Source: Polyangiales bacterium
GTDB taxonomy: Bacteria > Myxococcota_A > Polyangia > Polyangiales > Houyiibacteriaceae
Reading direction: 5' to 3'
Assembly: GCA_045106895.1 (NCBI GenBank)
Contig: JBGCFM010000074.1
Span: 12,541-76,540, forward strand
DNA length: 64,000 nt
Numbering within the stretch: the first letter of the stretch is position 1; each line of letters begins with the position of its first letter. Both the position numbers and the translations under genes were made by a program. The notes beneath the pieces were generated by a model. The model was not told the DNA's origin. It ran no database searches and saw only the letters and a program-made list of their open reading frames with translations. This document shows, in pieces, positions 28,188-37,072 of the stretch.

Positions 28188-29894
28188 TTGGAGCAAATCC
28201 ACGGCAACACCTCGGGCCTAAGCCCATCGGAAACCAAGGCCCTTCAGCGTCTGTACCGGCGCAAGGTGCCTATGGACCAGCTCACCACGCAGGAACTCTC
28301 ACGTTCCATCGCGGAGGTGTCGCATTCGACGGGCCGCCAGATCGGCGTGCTCGTGTCCCGCTCCGGGAAAATCGAACACGTCGTCATCGGCGACGCGGCA
28401 AAACTCATGCTGCCGGATATGGGACGACTGCGAGCGGGCGCGGGGCGTCTTCGTGGGCTCCGGCTGATTCACACCCACCTCGGCAACGAGCCGCTTTCGC
28501 GCGATGACCTCGTCGATCTGACGCGGCTTCGTTTGGACCTCGTCGCCGCCATCTGCATCAACCCGGCGGACGGAACGCCGACGTGGATCTACTACGGCCA
28601 CTGTGTTCCGGGGACGAGCAAAGAAGGCACCACACAGCCGCCCTACCGAACTTTTGGCCCGCTCTCGCATCAGCGCACCAAGGTCAACGTCGGCGAGCTC
28701 GTGGCAGGACTCGAACAAGAGTTCGCCCGGGTCGCACGTTCCCACGCCACCGAAGCACGTGACGGCCGCGCGATCCTCGTCCACGTCACGGACAAAAAGA
28801 ACGCGGGCAAATCCGAAGAGTCGATGCTCGAACTCTCGGAGCTCGCGCGCACCGCCGGCGTCAACGTGGTCGACCAAGTGCTTCAGGTGCGCGCCAAGGT
28901 GGACCCGAAGTTTGTCCTCGGACGCGGCAAGCTTGAAGACGTGGTCATCCTCGCCATGCAAAAAGACGCCGAGGTGCTCATCTTCGACCGAGAGCTGCGT
29001 GCAAACCAAGCCGCCGCCATCGCGGGCATGACGGACCTCAAGGTCATCGACCGGACGCAGCTCATCTTGGACATCTTCGCCCAGCGCGCTCAGAGCCGCG
29101 ACGGCAAACTGCAAGTTGAGCTGGCGCAGATGAAGTACCTGCTGCCGCGCCTCGGCCAGAAAGACGACGCGCTGAGTCGCCTCACCGGCGGCATTGGCGG
29201 GCGAGGTCCCGGTGAAACGAAACTCGAGATCGGGCGACGCAAAGCGCGCGAGCGTATCGACCGGCTCAAGAAGCAGCTCAAGCAGCTCGAGAAGCAGCGG
29301 AAGCAGCGGCGCTCACGGAGACGCCGCGGGGATGTGAAGGTAGCCGCCATCGTTGGCTACACCAACGCCGGGAAAAGCACGCTCCTCAACACGCTCACCG
29401 GGGCCGAGGTCCTTGCCGAGAACAAGCTCTTCGCGACGCTCGATACACGTGCGCGCCGCGCATACCTTCCGAGCGGCAACGAAATCGTCATCACGGACAC
29501 CGTCGGCTTTATCCGCGACCTGCCCAAAGACCTCTTCGCGGCGTTCCGCGCAACCTTCGAGGAAGCCGCAGATGCGGACGTGCTCTTGCACATCGTCGAC
29601 GGCTCCGACCCCCAGCACGAGGAGCATATCCGGACGACGGAAGAGCTTCTCCTGCAGCTCGGGCTTGAGGCCATGCCTCGTCTTGTCGTCTACAACAAAA
29701 CCGACCAGCTCGACGCGCGCCGTGCGGCGATGATGGCCCACGCGCACGACGGCGTCGCCATCAGCGCGCTGGAACGCCAGAGCCTCCAGCCCCTCGTGCG
29801 GCGCCTCGACCGCATTCTTTTCCGTGCAGAACGTGCTTCAGCGGCGGGCGCGACGAAGAGCGAAGAGACCGACGCCAACGCAGAGGCTCACTAG
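28188..29894 (+). CDS. hflX: GTPase HflX with a long N-terminal extension
   Basis: Motifs: DRTQLILDIFAQRAQSRDGKLQVELAQMKYLLPRL, G1 VGYTNAGKSTLLN, DTVGFI, NKTD. A TTG start gives 568 aa. Confidence 0.85.
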   Translation: MEQIHGNTSGLSPSETKALQRLYRRKVPMDQLTTQELSRSIAEVSHSTGRQIGVLVSRSGKIEHVVIGDAAKLMLPDMGRLRAGAGRLRGLRLIHTHLGNEPLSRDDLVDLTRLRLDLVAAICINPADGTPTWIYYGHCVPGTSKEGTTQPPYRTFGPLSHQRTKVNVGELVAGLEQEFARVARSHATEARDGRAILVHVTDKKNAGKSEESMLELSELARTAGVNVVDQVLQVRAKVDPKFVLGRGKLEDVVILAMQKDAEVLIFDRELRANQAAAIAGMTDLKVIDRTQLILDIFAQRAQSRDGKLQVELAQMKYLLPRLGQKDDALSRLTGGIGGRGPGETKLEIGRRKARERIDRLKKQLKQLEKQRKQRRSRRRRGDVKVAAIVGYTNAGKSTLLNTLTGAEVLAENKLFATLDTRARRAYLPSGNEIVITDTVGFIRDLPKDLFAAFRATFEEAADADVLLHIVDGSDPQHEEHIRTTEELLLQLGLEAMPRLVVYNKTDQLDARRAAMMAHAHDGVAISALERQSLQPLVRRLDRILFRAERASAAGATKSEETDANAEAH

Positions 29895-30086
29895 AGCGAC
29901 GCCGAGGCCGAGGACGCCTGCTTTCCCGCCGAGCTTCCAGACCGGCCATAAGAGCGGGTGAACGCTCTCGGCGCCCATCGACAGAGAGCGCCATGTCGCA
30001 CCAAAACTGAGGGCAAAGAGTACGCCGACAGCGATCAAGCAGCCGCCGCCGGCCCGCAGCTCCTGCGCCGAGTCACGCTCGTGCAA
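29838..30086 (-). CDS. Possible small two-TM membrane protein
   Basis: It starts 6 nt after the upstream gene's stop. Two hydrophobic helices: CLIAVGVLFALSFGA and AGVLGLGVALVSLCVGVGLFAL. It overlaps the hflX 3' end by 57 nt (convergent), so the call is uncertain. Confidence 0.35.
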   Translation of the reverse strand: MHERDSAQELRAGGGCLIAVGVLFALSFGATWRSLSMGAESVHPLLWPVWKLGGKAGVLGLGVALVSLCVGVGLFALRRARR

Positions 30087-30092
30087 GGGGCG

Positions 30093-31202
30093 CTACGTCT
30101 TCTTCTTGGGCTTGAGCCCGACGCGGCCACCCTTGACCACCACCTCGAAGTCGACGTTCGCCGAGCCGTACTTCTGGCGAAGCTTCGGTTCCATCGCGCG
30201 GATCTTTTTGGCGAGCTTTTCGCGGGAGAGGTTGTCGACGCGTTCGTTGTTCTGCTTCTTCGCGGACACGTACTTGTCGTAGACGCGCTGAAGGTCGCCG
30301 TCGGAGAGGCTGGAGCGACCCGCCGCAGGCTTGGGTGCGGAGCGGAGCGCAGCTGGAGTACGCGGCGTAGCGCGGGGAGTCACGGCACGAGGCGAGAGAG
30401 TGGGCGTTGTTGGTGAGCTGCGTGTTGGTGAGCTACGCGGCGGCGGCGGTGGCGCCGCGCGGCGCCCTGGCGAAGGCGGTGGCGGTGGCGGTGGCGGCGC
30501 AGCTCGCCCATGAGAAGGCGGTGGAGGCGGCACGGGTCGGTGTCTCCCCGGCTGTGGTGCGGCTGGAGGCTCCGGTGGTGCAGGGGTACCCGTGATGGCC
30601 GGGGGTTGCGAGATTCGTGAGCGAGCGACGGGACGACCAAAACGCTTGCTGACGAGCGGCGGCGCTTCCGCCGGCGCAGGAGCGCCGGGGGTGGGAGCAC
30701 GCGGCGTTGGCGGCATGGGAGCGCTGCGCGTTGGAGCGCTTGGCGCGATCGGCTTAGGGGCCTCAAGAGCCGCCAGAGCGGCGCCGATCTCCGAATCAAA
30801 GTCGGCGTCGAGGTCCAGTTCAAGCGGCGCCTCATGCCGGGGCTGAGCCGCCGCCGCTTCGGGCTGACTCGCACGCGCTTCCTGCGCCTCGATCTTCTTC
30901 CGGCGCTGCTTCGCCTTCTTCACGTCGCGACGGAACGTTCCTTCTTCAATCTGGCGCGTGATGCGCTGCCAGTATGTGTTCATCGTCGTCCAACGCGAGA
31001 ACACCGCTTGAAAACGGTAACGCATCGCCGTGTTGTTGGGCTGCTCGCGCCTCAGCTGCCGCAGGCGTCGCTCGAGGCGCTCCTTTTGGCGCATTGGCGG
31101 AACGCGCTCGATGCCCTGGATCCATTGCTCATAGCGCGACTTGAGAAGGCCGAGTTCGCCTTCCAAGTCCTTGATCATCGCTTCGAACTCCGCCTTATTC
31201 AT
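30093..31202 (-). CDS. Coiled-coil / proline-rich protein with a conserved-looking C-terminal domain
   Basis: The N-terminus MNKAEFEAMIKDLEGELGLLKSRYEQWIQGIERVPP... is helical. A long Pro-rich linker follows. The C-terminus is LSDGDLQRVYDKYVSAKKQNNERVDNLSREKLAKKIRAMEPKLRQKYG..VDFEVVVKGGRVGLKPK. It resembles a myxobacteria-restricted family; this is from memory and unverified. Confidence 0.6.
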   Translation of the reverse strand: MNKAEFEAMIKDLEGELGLLKSRYEQWIQGIERVPPMRQKERLERRLRQLRREQPNNTAMRYRFQAVFSRWTTMNTYWQRITRQIEEGTFRRDVKKAKQRRKKIEAQEARASQPEAAAAQPRHEAPLELDLDADFDSEIGAALAALEAPKPIAPSAPTRSAPMPPTPRAPTPGAPAPAEAPPLVSKRFGRPVARSRISQPPAITGTPAPPEPPAAPQPGRHRPVPPPPPSHGRAAPPPPPPPPSPGRRAAPPPPPRSSPTRSSPTTPTLSPRAVTPRATPRTPAALRSAPKPAAGRSSLSDGDLQRVYDKYVSAKKQNNERVDNLSREKLAKKIRAMEPKLRQKYGSANVDFEVVVKGGRVGLKPKKKT

Positions 31203-31211
31203 CGTTCGTTT

Positions 31212-31859
31212 TTATAACGGCGTGATCACCAAGTTGTCGAAGTAGAGATCCGACTGCCAGTTGTTGAAAGCGAAATGGTCATGACCACGGCCTTCGAGGG
31301 GGTCGGAGTCATCCATCGTAGCGAGCTCCTCGCCATCCACCCAGGCGGTGATGGTGTCGCCGTTTCGCTCGATCTTCAGGTGATACACCTGGTCCATCTC
31401 GACGCGGCGCGCGGGCCCGACGGCACGATCGTCGGCGTGCTCGTCCATGCGGGCGATGAGGTTGGTGGAGTTGTCCCAGCCACCAAAGATGATGACGTAG
31501 CTCGTCGCCGTGTAGGCCTCGCTCTCAGCGCGGCTCGTGCCATCTCCGAACACCTCGAGCTTGATGTCTCCTTCTGGGGACATGCTCTTCACGTCGACTT
31601 CGATGCGAACGTTGCGCGGGAGCACGCGTCGCAGCCAAAGAGGCTTGTTTCGCGCTCCCCGGACATGAAGCCAGCCGTCTCGGAGCTCGTATGGGCCGCC
31701 GGTGTTGTGCCAAACGTCCCCAAGCTGGTCGCGGTCGAAGTCATCGCGAAAGCCATCGGCGGGAATACCGGGGTCTCCCTGCGGGGTGCAGGCGAAGAGG
31801 CCAAGGATCAAGAATAAGCTCGCTCTCACGGGGCGGAGCATAGCAGAAACGGACCCCAT
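31212..31859 (-). CDS. Lipoprotein with a concanavalin-A-like (DUF1080/LamG-like) fold
   Basis: The signal ...LRPVRASLFLILGLFAC has a lipobox. Domain-like stretch FRDDFDRDQLGDVWHNTGGPYELRDGWLHVRGA...HLKIERNGDTITAWVDGEEL. An alternative ATG lies at 31841. Confidence 0.55.
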   Translation of the reverse strand: MGSVSAMLRPVRASLFLILGLFACTPQGDPGIPADGFRDDFDRDQLGDVWHNTGGPYELRDGWLHVRGARNKPLWLRRVLPRNVRIEVDVKSMSPEGDIKLEVFGDGTSRAESEAYTATSYVIIFGGWDNSTNLIARMDEHADDRAVGPARRVEMDQVYHLKIERNGDTITAWVDGEELATMDDSDPLEGRGHDHFAFNNWQSDLYFDNLVITPL

Positions 31860-31910
31860 CGCAGATCCCCTAAACGTTCCTCCTAGTACGAAACCTGTGC
31901 TTCGCGGCGC

Positions 31911-32846
31911 TTAGGGGTGAGCGGCGCGGTGGAGCGCACTGGACGCCGAGGACATAGCGGAGCGCACCGCGGCGCTGAGGGCCTGACCTGCGAGGCGGGT
32001 CTCTTGCTCACGGCGTCCGGCGCGGCGAAGCACCTCGGAGCCCGTGGCGGCGCCGCTCATCATGCCGCGAAGGTCGCGACCCGGCTCCGTGAGGACGACG
32101 AGGTTGACCTCGCATCGGACCAAAACCTCCCGCGCTCTGCGGCTCCGGTTGACGTTGACGAGGTTGCCGTCGAGGCGAAGCGTCGGGAGACTGCGGCGCT
32201 GGATCTGACGGCGCGCCTGCGCTGGAATGGCGCGCGCCGATTCGAACACGGCGACTCCTCGAAGCAGGTTGAGGTTGCGGCGAACGTGGGAACGAAAGTC
32301 GCCGAGGAGAGGTTCTGCGTTTCGGTAGTTGCTCTGGTTCTCGACGTCGCCAAGGACCACGACGTAGCGGATGCGCGGCCAAGAGATTTCATTGGCGCGC
32401 GGGATCGTCACAGTGGCGGGATAGATGCCGCCGCTTCCGCTCGGAACACGTCGAGCGGCTGTGGGAGCGACCGTCGCGGTGGAAGAGAGCATCTCCAGCG
32501 AGCGGGTGACCTGCATACGGACGGCGGCGGAGTCGTCGCGTCGAGCGCGTCTCAAAGCCCGCCTGGCCCGCGCATCGCCGAGGCGACCAAGGGCCGTCGC
32601 GGCGGCGGCACGAACAGCTGGGTTGGGTTCGCGAAGTGCGCGCTCCAGGTGGCGCCGCATGCTTGCGTCACGCGTGTTGCCCAGGGCAAACGCCGCTTGG
32701 ACACGGACACGAAAATCAGCGCCGCTTCGAAGCGTCCGAATAATGACGGACGTATCTTGAGCGCTGCTCGGCAAAACCGCCGATAGCGCGAACGCACATG
32801 CGAGGATCGCACTGCCTATGCCCAAATATTTTCGCTTCGATCTCAC
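31911..32846 (-). CDS. Secreted HEAT-repeat protein with an uncharacterised C-terminal domain
   Basis: Signal peptide. PBS-lyase/HEAT-type repeats: VRVQAAFALGNTRDASMRRHLERALREPNPAVRAAAATALGRLGDARARRALRRARRDDSAAVR. Confidence 0.6.
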   Translation of the reverse strand: MRSKRKYLGIGSAILACAFALSAVLPSSAQDTSVIIRTLRSGADFRVRVQAAFALGNTRDASMRRHLERALREPNPAVRAAAATALGRLGDARARRALRRARRDDSAAVRMQVTRSLEMLSSTATVAPTAARRVPSGSGGIYPATVTIPRANEISWPRIRYVVVLGDVENQSNYRNAEPLLGDFRSHVRRNLNLLRGVAVFESARAIPAQARRQIQRRSLPTLRLDGNLVNVNRSRRAREVLVRCEVNLVVLTEPGRDLRGMMSGAATGSEVLRRAGRREQETRLAGQALSAAVRSAMSSASSALHRAAHP

Positions 32847-33095
32847 GCGCCCTAGACCTCAAATCGGTACGGAAGGATAAGCGATGTGCCATGTAGGGCA
32901 TCAACTACCTCTGTCGCACAACCTGCGTGCAACAACCCTCGTATTGGAACAGCCTGCCCCGTTTTCAGCGCAAAGTATTCCCGCACTCAGGTGAGAACCA
33001 TCTGCTTTTCTAGGACGAAGCTCGGGTCCGAGGATTCAGATTCTTTTTTGGGCGAGGACTGGAGGGCGATGGAACTTTCTTCCGCCCAGGGTCTT

Positions 33096-34202
33096 TTAGC
33101 TGTCGTTGCAGCCGTCTTCGTCGGCGTCGTTGTCTTCATCGGAGGCCTCAAGGGGGCAGCGGTCATCGACGTCGGGCACAAAATCATTGTCGTTGTCGGG
33201 GTCACTGCAGCCGTCTTCGTCTTCAAAGTCGTCGAAGTCTTCAGGAAGATGGGGGCACTCGTCGATGCGATCGGGGATGCCGTCGAGGTCCGCGTCATCG
33301 TCGTGGGCGCGGGGTGCCCATGAAAGCCCAGCCATCCCGCGAACGCTCGGGGTACCCGGTCCCGAGAACATGCTGAAGCCCGTTCCTACGAAGTACGTCA
33401 CGCCCGCTCGCTCGTAGGTGATTGCGTAGTCGTTTTCGAGAGCGCGACCGATCGCCCCTCCACCGAAGCCGGCGTCGAGAGCGCCGCGCAGCTCGAGGCG
33501 AACGCCGAGCCCTTCCAGGATCGGAACGGGCACGTTGATTCCAATTCCGAAGAGAAGCTCATCTCGAAACGTGAGCGGGCCGATGGTCTCGGTTTCAAAG
33601 CGGTGACGGAAACCCACCATCAGACCGGCGGCGATGCCGAAGACCCGGAAGTCGCCGATGGCTTGGACGTCAAACGTCGCCGCGCCTTCTCCGGCGTATG
33701 CGCTCTCGTCTCCGAGGGGGAGCGTCACGCTGCCCTGAAGCGCGAGCCCCGGACCGTCGCGGCGTTCGCGACGTTCCGCCGAGGGGCGCCCCAAGACACG
33801 AACGCGAGCGGTGAGTCGCGGGTCGCCGAAGGCCTGCGTCGCGATGGCCGGGCCTCCGTCAGGGACCTGTCCGAAACCGTTCTGATGCAAGACGACGGGG
33901 AGGTTCAACGCCAACGCGAAGCGTCCGCCGATGCCAACTTGCATCATCAGGTCGCCGCCCAGGCGGTGGCGGATCAGGTCCGTTGCCTCGCCAGCGATGG
34001 TGGCCCGCAATGGCTGGTTCGAATAGTTGAGCCAGAGGCCCACGTTCCATTGCCAGGGCCCAGGCATCGAGGTCCCGTTGATACCGATGAAACCGTCGCC
34101 GTCCACGGCGGGGCGAAATCGCTCAATGTCGATGCTCCTCTGCGCCTCAGCGGCGTTTGGCAGAGCCAGGAAGAGTGCGGCGATGGCGAAGCAAATGCGC
34201 AT
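33096..34202 (-). CDS. Outer-membrane-type protein with thrombospondin type-3 repeats; no OmpA domain
   Basis: The ATG at 34202 gives MRICFAIAALFLALPNAAEAQ. A beta-rich N-terminal region includes IDIERFRPAVDGDGFIGINGT. The C-terminal acidic repeats are TSP3-like: DLDGIPDRIDECP, DEDGCSDPDNDNDFVPDVDDRCP, DADEDGC. Confidence 0.65.
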   Translation of the reverse strand: MRICFAIAALFLALPNAAEAQRSIDIERFRPAVDGDGFIGINGTSMPGPWQWNVGLWLNYSNQPLRATIAGEATDLIRHRLGGDLMMQVGIGGRFALALNLPVVLHQNGFGQVPDGGPAIATQAFGDPRLTARVRVLGRPSAERRERRDGPGLALQGSVTLPLGDESAYAGEGAATFDVQAIGDFRVFGIAAGLMVGFRHRFETETIGPLTFRDELLFGIGINVPVPILEGLGVRLELRGALDAGFGGGAIGRALENDYAITYERAGVTYFVGTGFSMFSGPGTPSVRGMAGLSWAPRAHDDDADLDGIPDRIDECPHLPEDFDDFEDEDGCSDPDNDNDFVPDVDDRCPLEASDEDNDADEDGCNDS

Positions 34203-34287
34203 GGCGTGAGCGTACTCGATGCTGGCGCCGGGTCCATGGGCCAGGCGCATCCGTGCGTCTTCTGGCGATGTGCTTTAGGGTCGGTGC

Positions 34288-36165
34288 GTGGAAAACACGG
34301 AGGAGTGGGGAGAGAACCCGTGGCTCAAGACCCAGTCTCCAAGTGAGGCGGCGGCGGCGGCGCGTATGAAGACGCTCCTGCCGGCGCTGGATCGGCTTCA
34401 GGAGGACAGCGCATCCACGCTGCACACTCTTCGCCCCGACGAGGTGCCCACCGTCGACGGCTCTACGGCGACGGGCATCACCGTCAGCGATGAAGTTCTC
34501 GGCCGCGGAGGTATGAGCGTCGTCCTATTAGGTCGGCAGCACTCTCTTGGACGCAACGTCGCCATCAAGACCATCGGCGCGCCGGGAGAGAGCCCGGCGA
34601 GTCCGTCGACGCAGGTCTCGGACGTGCTGCTGCGCGAAGCTCAGATCACCGGGCGCCTCGAGCACCCAAACGTTTTGCCACTCTACGATCTCTGCGTGGG
34701 TGAGGACGGTCATCCGCAGCTCATCTTGAAGCGAATCGAAGGTCGCCCTTGGACGGACTACATCCAGGACCCAGAGCTCATCGAAAAGGAGCAGCCGGGC
34801 TCCACGGACATCGAACGATGGCACCTCCAGGTGTTCCTGCAGGTCTGCAATGCGATTCGTTTTGCGCACGCGCGGGGCGTGATCCACCGCGACCTCAAGC
34901 CCGACAACGTCATGATCGGCGCCTTCGGTGAGGTCTACGTGCTCGACTGGGGAATCGCCGTCCGTCAAGGGGAGCCGGCGAGCGGACAGCTCGCTGGCAC
35001 GCCGGCGTACATGGCGCCGGAGATGGCTTCCGGAGAGACCTTGGACGAGCGCACGGACGTCTACCTCTTGGGTGCTGTGCTCTATGAGCTCTTTCATCAG
35101 CGGCCACCCCATCGCGGGGACTCCTTCGCGATGGTCATGTGGTCGTCGCTCACGAGCCGCCCTTCTATCTCGGACGGTACGGCGCCCGGATTTGCCGAAG
35201 TGATTCGCCGCGCGATGCAGCTCCTTCCGGCGGAGCGCTTTCAGACGGTGGAGTCTCTTCAAAGCGCCGTGGTCAACGCCCTGGAGCGACGCGACGCCGA
35301 ACTGATGTGCGCCGAAGCCACCCTCAAGCTTGGCGAACTTGAGTCCCTTCTCGAAGACTCCGACGCGGAGGACGTTGTCACGGCGACGGTCCACGAGCTC
35401 TACGGCCAAGCGCGCTTCGCGTTCCGCACCGTGCTCGATCGTTTCGGTAGCTGGGAAGAGGCGGCGGAAGGCGAACGACAGCTTCACATCGCGATGGCGC
35501 GCCACGCCCTGGCCCTTGGCGAGACGGCGAGCGCCGAGGCGTATCTTGCGCGGGTGGAAGAGGCGCCCCCGGAGCTCCTTCGCGCCATCGAAGCGCGGCG
35601 CGCCAAAGACGCGTCGGTCACGGACAGGCTCAACACCCTCGAAGCCTTTCGATCCAACTTGGACCGGAATAAGAGCCGACGCCGACGCTTCTATCTCGCC
35701 TGCGCGCTCGGCACCTTTTGGGTGGTCCATGGTCTCTACCTGCAGCTAAGTGGTGGCCCCGAGGGCCTCACCTACATGAGCGGAATGGTCTCGCCCCTCG
35801 TCAACTCCGCGCTGCTCCTTGCGCTTCTAAAGTTGGGCAAGGGCTGGAATCGCTACGACCGCCGCCTCTTGGCGCTGACCTCTTTGGGTTTTTTCGCGGA
35901 GTTCGGTCTCGATGTCTCGCTCTATGTCACAGGCACGAGCGCTGCCCAGTCACTCGTCCACGACCTCGTGGTTCGCGGCTTCATGGTCGGCGTACTCGCC
36001 ATCTATGTCGACCGCGCCCTGGTACTCCCCGCCGCCATGCTCGGCGCCGGCGCCTTCGCCTCAGCGTTCTTTCCCGCCTACGTTCTGTGGTGGGTGATCG
36101 CGACGAATGGCGTGATCATGGGGGTGCTCGCGTGGCGTTGGCGGCCGCAAAAAAAAGCCGCGTAG
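34288..36165 (+). CDS. Hanks-type Ser/Thr protein kinase fused to a polytopic membrane domain
   Basis: Kinase motifs: LGRGGMSVV, VAIKTI, HRDLKPDNVMI, DWGIA, YMAPE. The C-terminal 170 aa or so has several hydrophobic helices. The start could be the GTG at 34288 or the ATG at 34366. Confidence 0.85.
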   Translation: MENTEEWGENPWLKTQSPSEAAAAARMKTLLPALDRLQEDSASTLHTLRPDEVPTVDGSTATGITVSDEVLGRGGMSVVLLGRQHSLGRNVAIKTIGAPGESPASPSTQVSDVLLREAQITGRLEHPNVLPLYDLCVGEDGHPQLILKRIEGRPWTDYIQDPELIEKEQPGSTDIERWHLQVFLQVCNAIRFAHARGVIHRDLKPDNVMIGAFGEVYVLDWGIAVRQGEPASGQLAGTPAYMAPEMASGETLDERTDVYLLGAVLYELFHQRPPHRGDSFAMVMWSSLTSRPSISDGTAPGFAEVIRRAMQLLPAERFQTVESLQSAVVNALERRDAELMCAEATLKLGELESLLEDSDAEDVVTATVHELYGQARFAFRTVLDRFGSWEEAAEGERQLHIAMARHALALGETASAEAYLARVEEAPPELLRAIEARRAKDASVTDRLNTLEAFRSNLDRNKSRRRRFYLACALGTFWVVHGLYLQLSGGPEGLTYMSGMVSPLVNSALLLALLKLGKGWNRYDRRLLALTSLGFFAEFGLDVSLYVTGTSAAQSLVHDLVVRGFMVGVLAIYVDRALVLPAAMLGAGAFASAFFPAYVLWWVIATNGVIMGVLAWRWRPQKKAA

Positions 36166-36424
36166 CTGCACATTGAAGGAAAGGCGCGTGCTCGATACGC
36201 TTGGCTCATGCGAGCCGTGACATTGCTGTGCGTGCTCCTCGGCTGTGGACAGACGCGGCTCGAGGTCGTCGACGCGGCCATCGACGCGATGAGCGCGTGA
36301 TCGTCTTCACCAGCGATCGCTCGGGACGCGACAAAACACACGTAGCGACACGTGACGGCGGACTCTTCTGATCCGGCGTGACGTGGACGTGGTGACACCT
36401 CGCTTCGTGCGCCGATAGCGCCTA

Positions 36425-37060
36425 ATGTCGAACGCCATGAAGTCATCCGAAGAGTCCATCGACGTTTCTCCAAACAACCCCTGCCCGTTCTTGCGAGCGC
36501 TCGTTGGCGGGGGACGACTCCCGAATGATGTCGCACCCCTGGCGCTGGTAGCTGACACCATCGTGGAGGTCGCTGGCGCCGGGGATAGCAGTCCCGTGTT
36601 GCCGGGCGCACCGATTCGTGGCGTGGCCGCCATCGCGAACGGGCTGAGCCCGCTTCAGATCGCTCGTAACATCCTTGGAGGCGTTCGCCTCGACGCGCTC
36701 CGCGACGGCCCACTCGACAAGAACGGTTCCGGCTCGCGGATTTTGTCGAAGGACGCATCGGTCAACGAGGCGGAGCTGGATCGACTGGATAGTTTCGCGA
36801 GCGACAAGGTCAGCGCCGATGGCCAGACCGAGCGCGGACTGAGCGCCGACGAGCTCACGACCATGATGGACGCGAACTTTGAGCGCGCCAAAGGCCAGCG
36901 ACGACGCGTTCACCGACGCATGATGAATGCTGAGTGGCCAGTGCTGCTTAAGGTGATGGGCAAGGACGGTAGGAGCGGGCGTTATCTGAGCGTCGCGGAT
37001 GTTCGACACCTCGTCGTTCAGCGGAAGTTGCCCGAACGTATGTCCGGGCGACTCCGCTGA
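36425..37060 (+). CDS. Hypothetical protein, caleosin/EF-hand-like (tentative)
   Basis: N-terminal NPCPFLRALVGGG, an EF-loop-like DKNGSGSRILSKDASVNEAELD, and a C-terminal AEWPVLLKVMGKDGRSGRYLSVADVRHLV that recalls the caleosin C-terminus. Confidence 0.5.
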   Translation: MSNAMKSSEESIDVSPNNPCPFLRALVGGGRLPNDVAPLALVADTIVEVAGAGDSSPVLPGAPIRGVAAIANGLSPLQIARNILGGVRLDALRDGPLDKNGSGSRILSKDASVNEAELDRLDSFASDKVSADGQTERGLSADELTTMMDANFERAKGQRRRVHRRMMNAEWPVLLKVMGKDGRSGRYLSVADVRHLVVQRKLPERMSGRLR

Positions 37061-37072
37061 ATCGTGGAGGCC

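Noticed and set aside
27538-28202. Minus-strand ORFs 27570..28202 and 27538..28059, opposite the TetR gene.
   Set aside because: The TetR HTH motif on the plus strand is unambiguous. The antisense translations are low-complexity.
36078-36758. A 226-aa minus-strand ORF spanning the kinase 3' end, the intergenic gap and the start of the next gene.
   Set aside because: It has Arg-rich, non-protein-like composition and overlaps two better-supported plus-strand genes.
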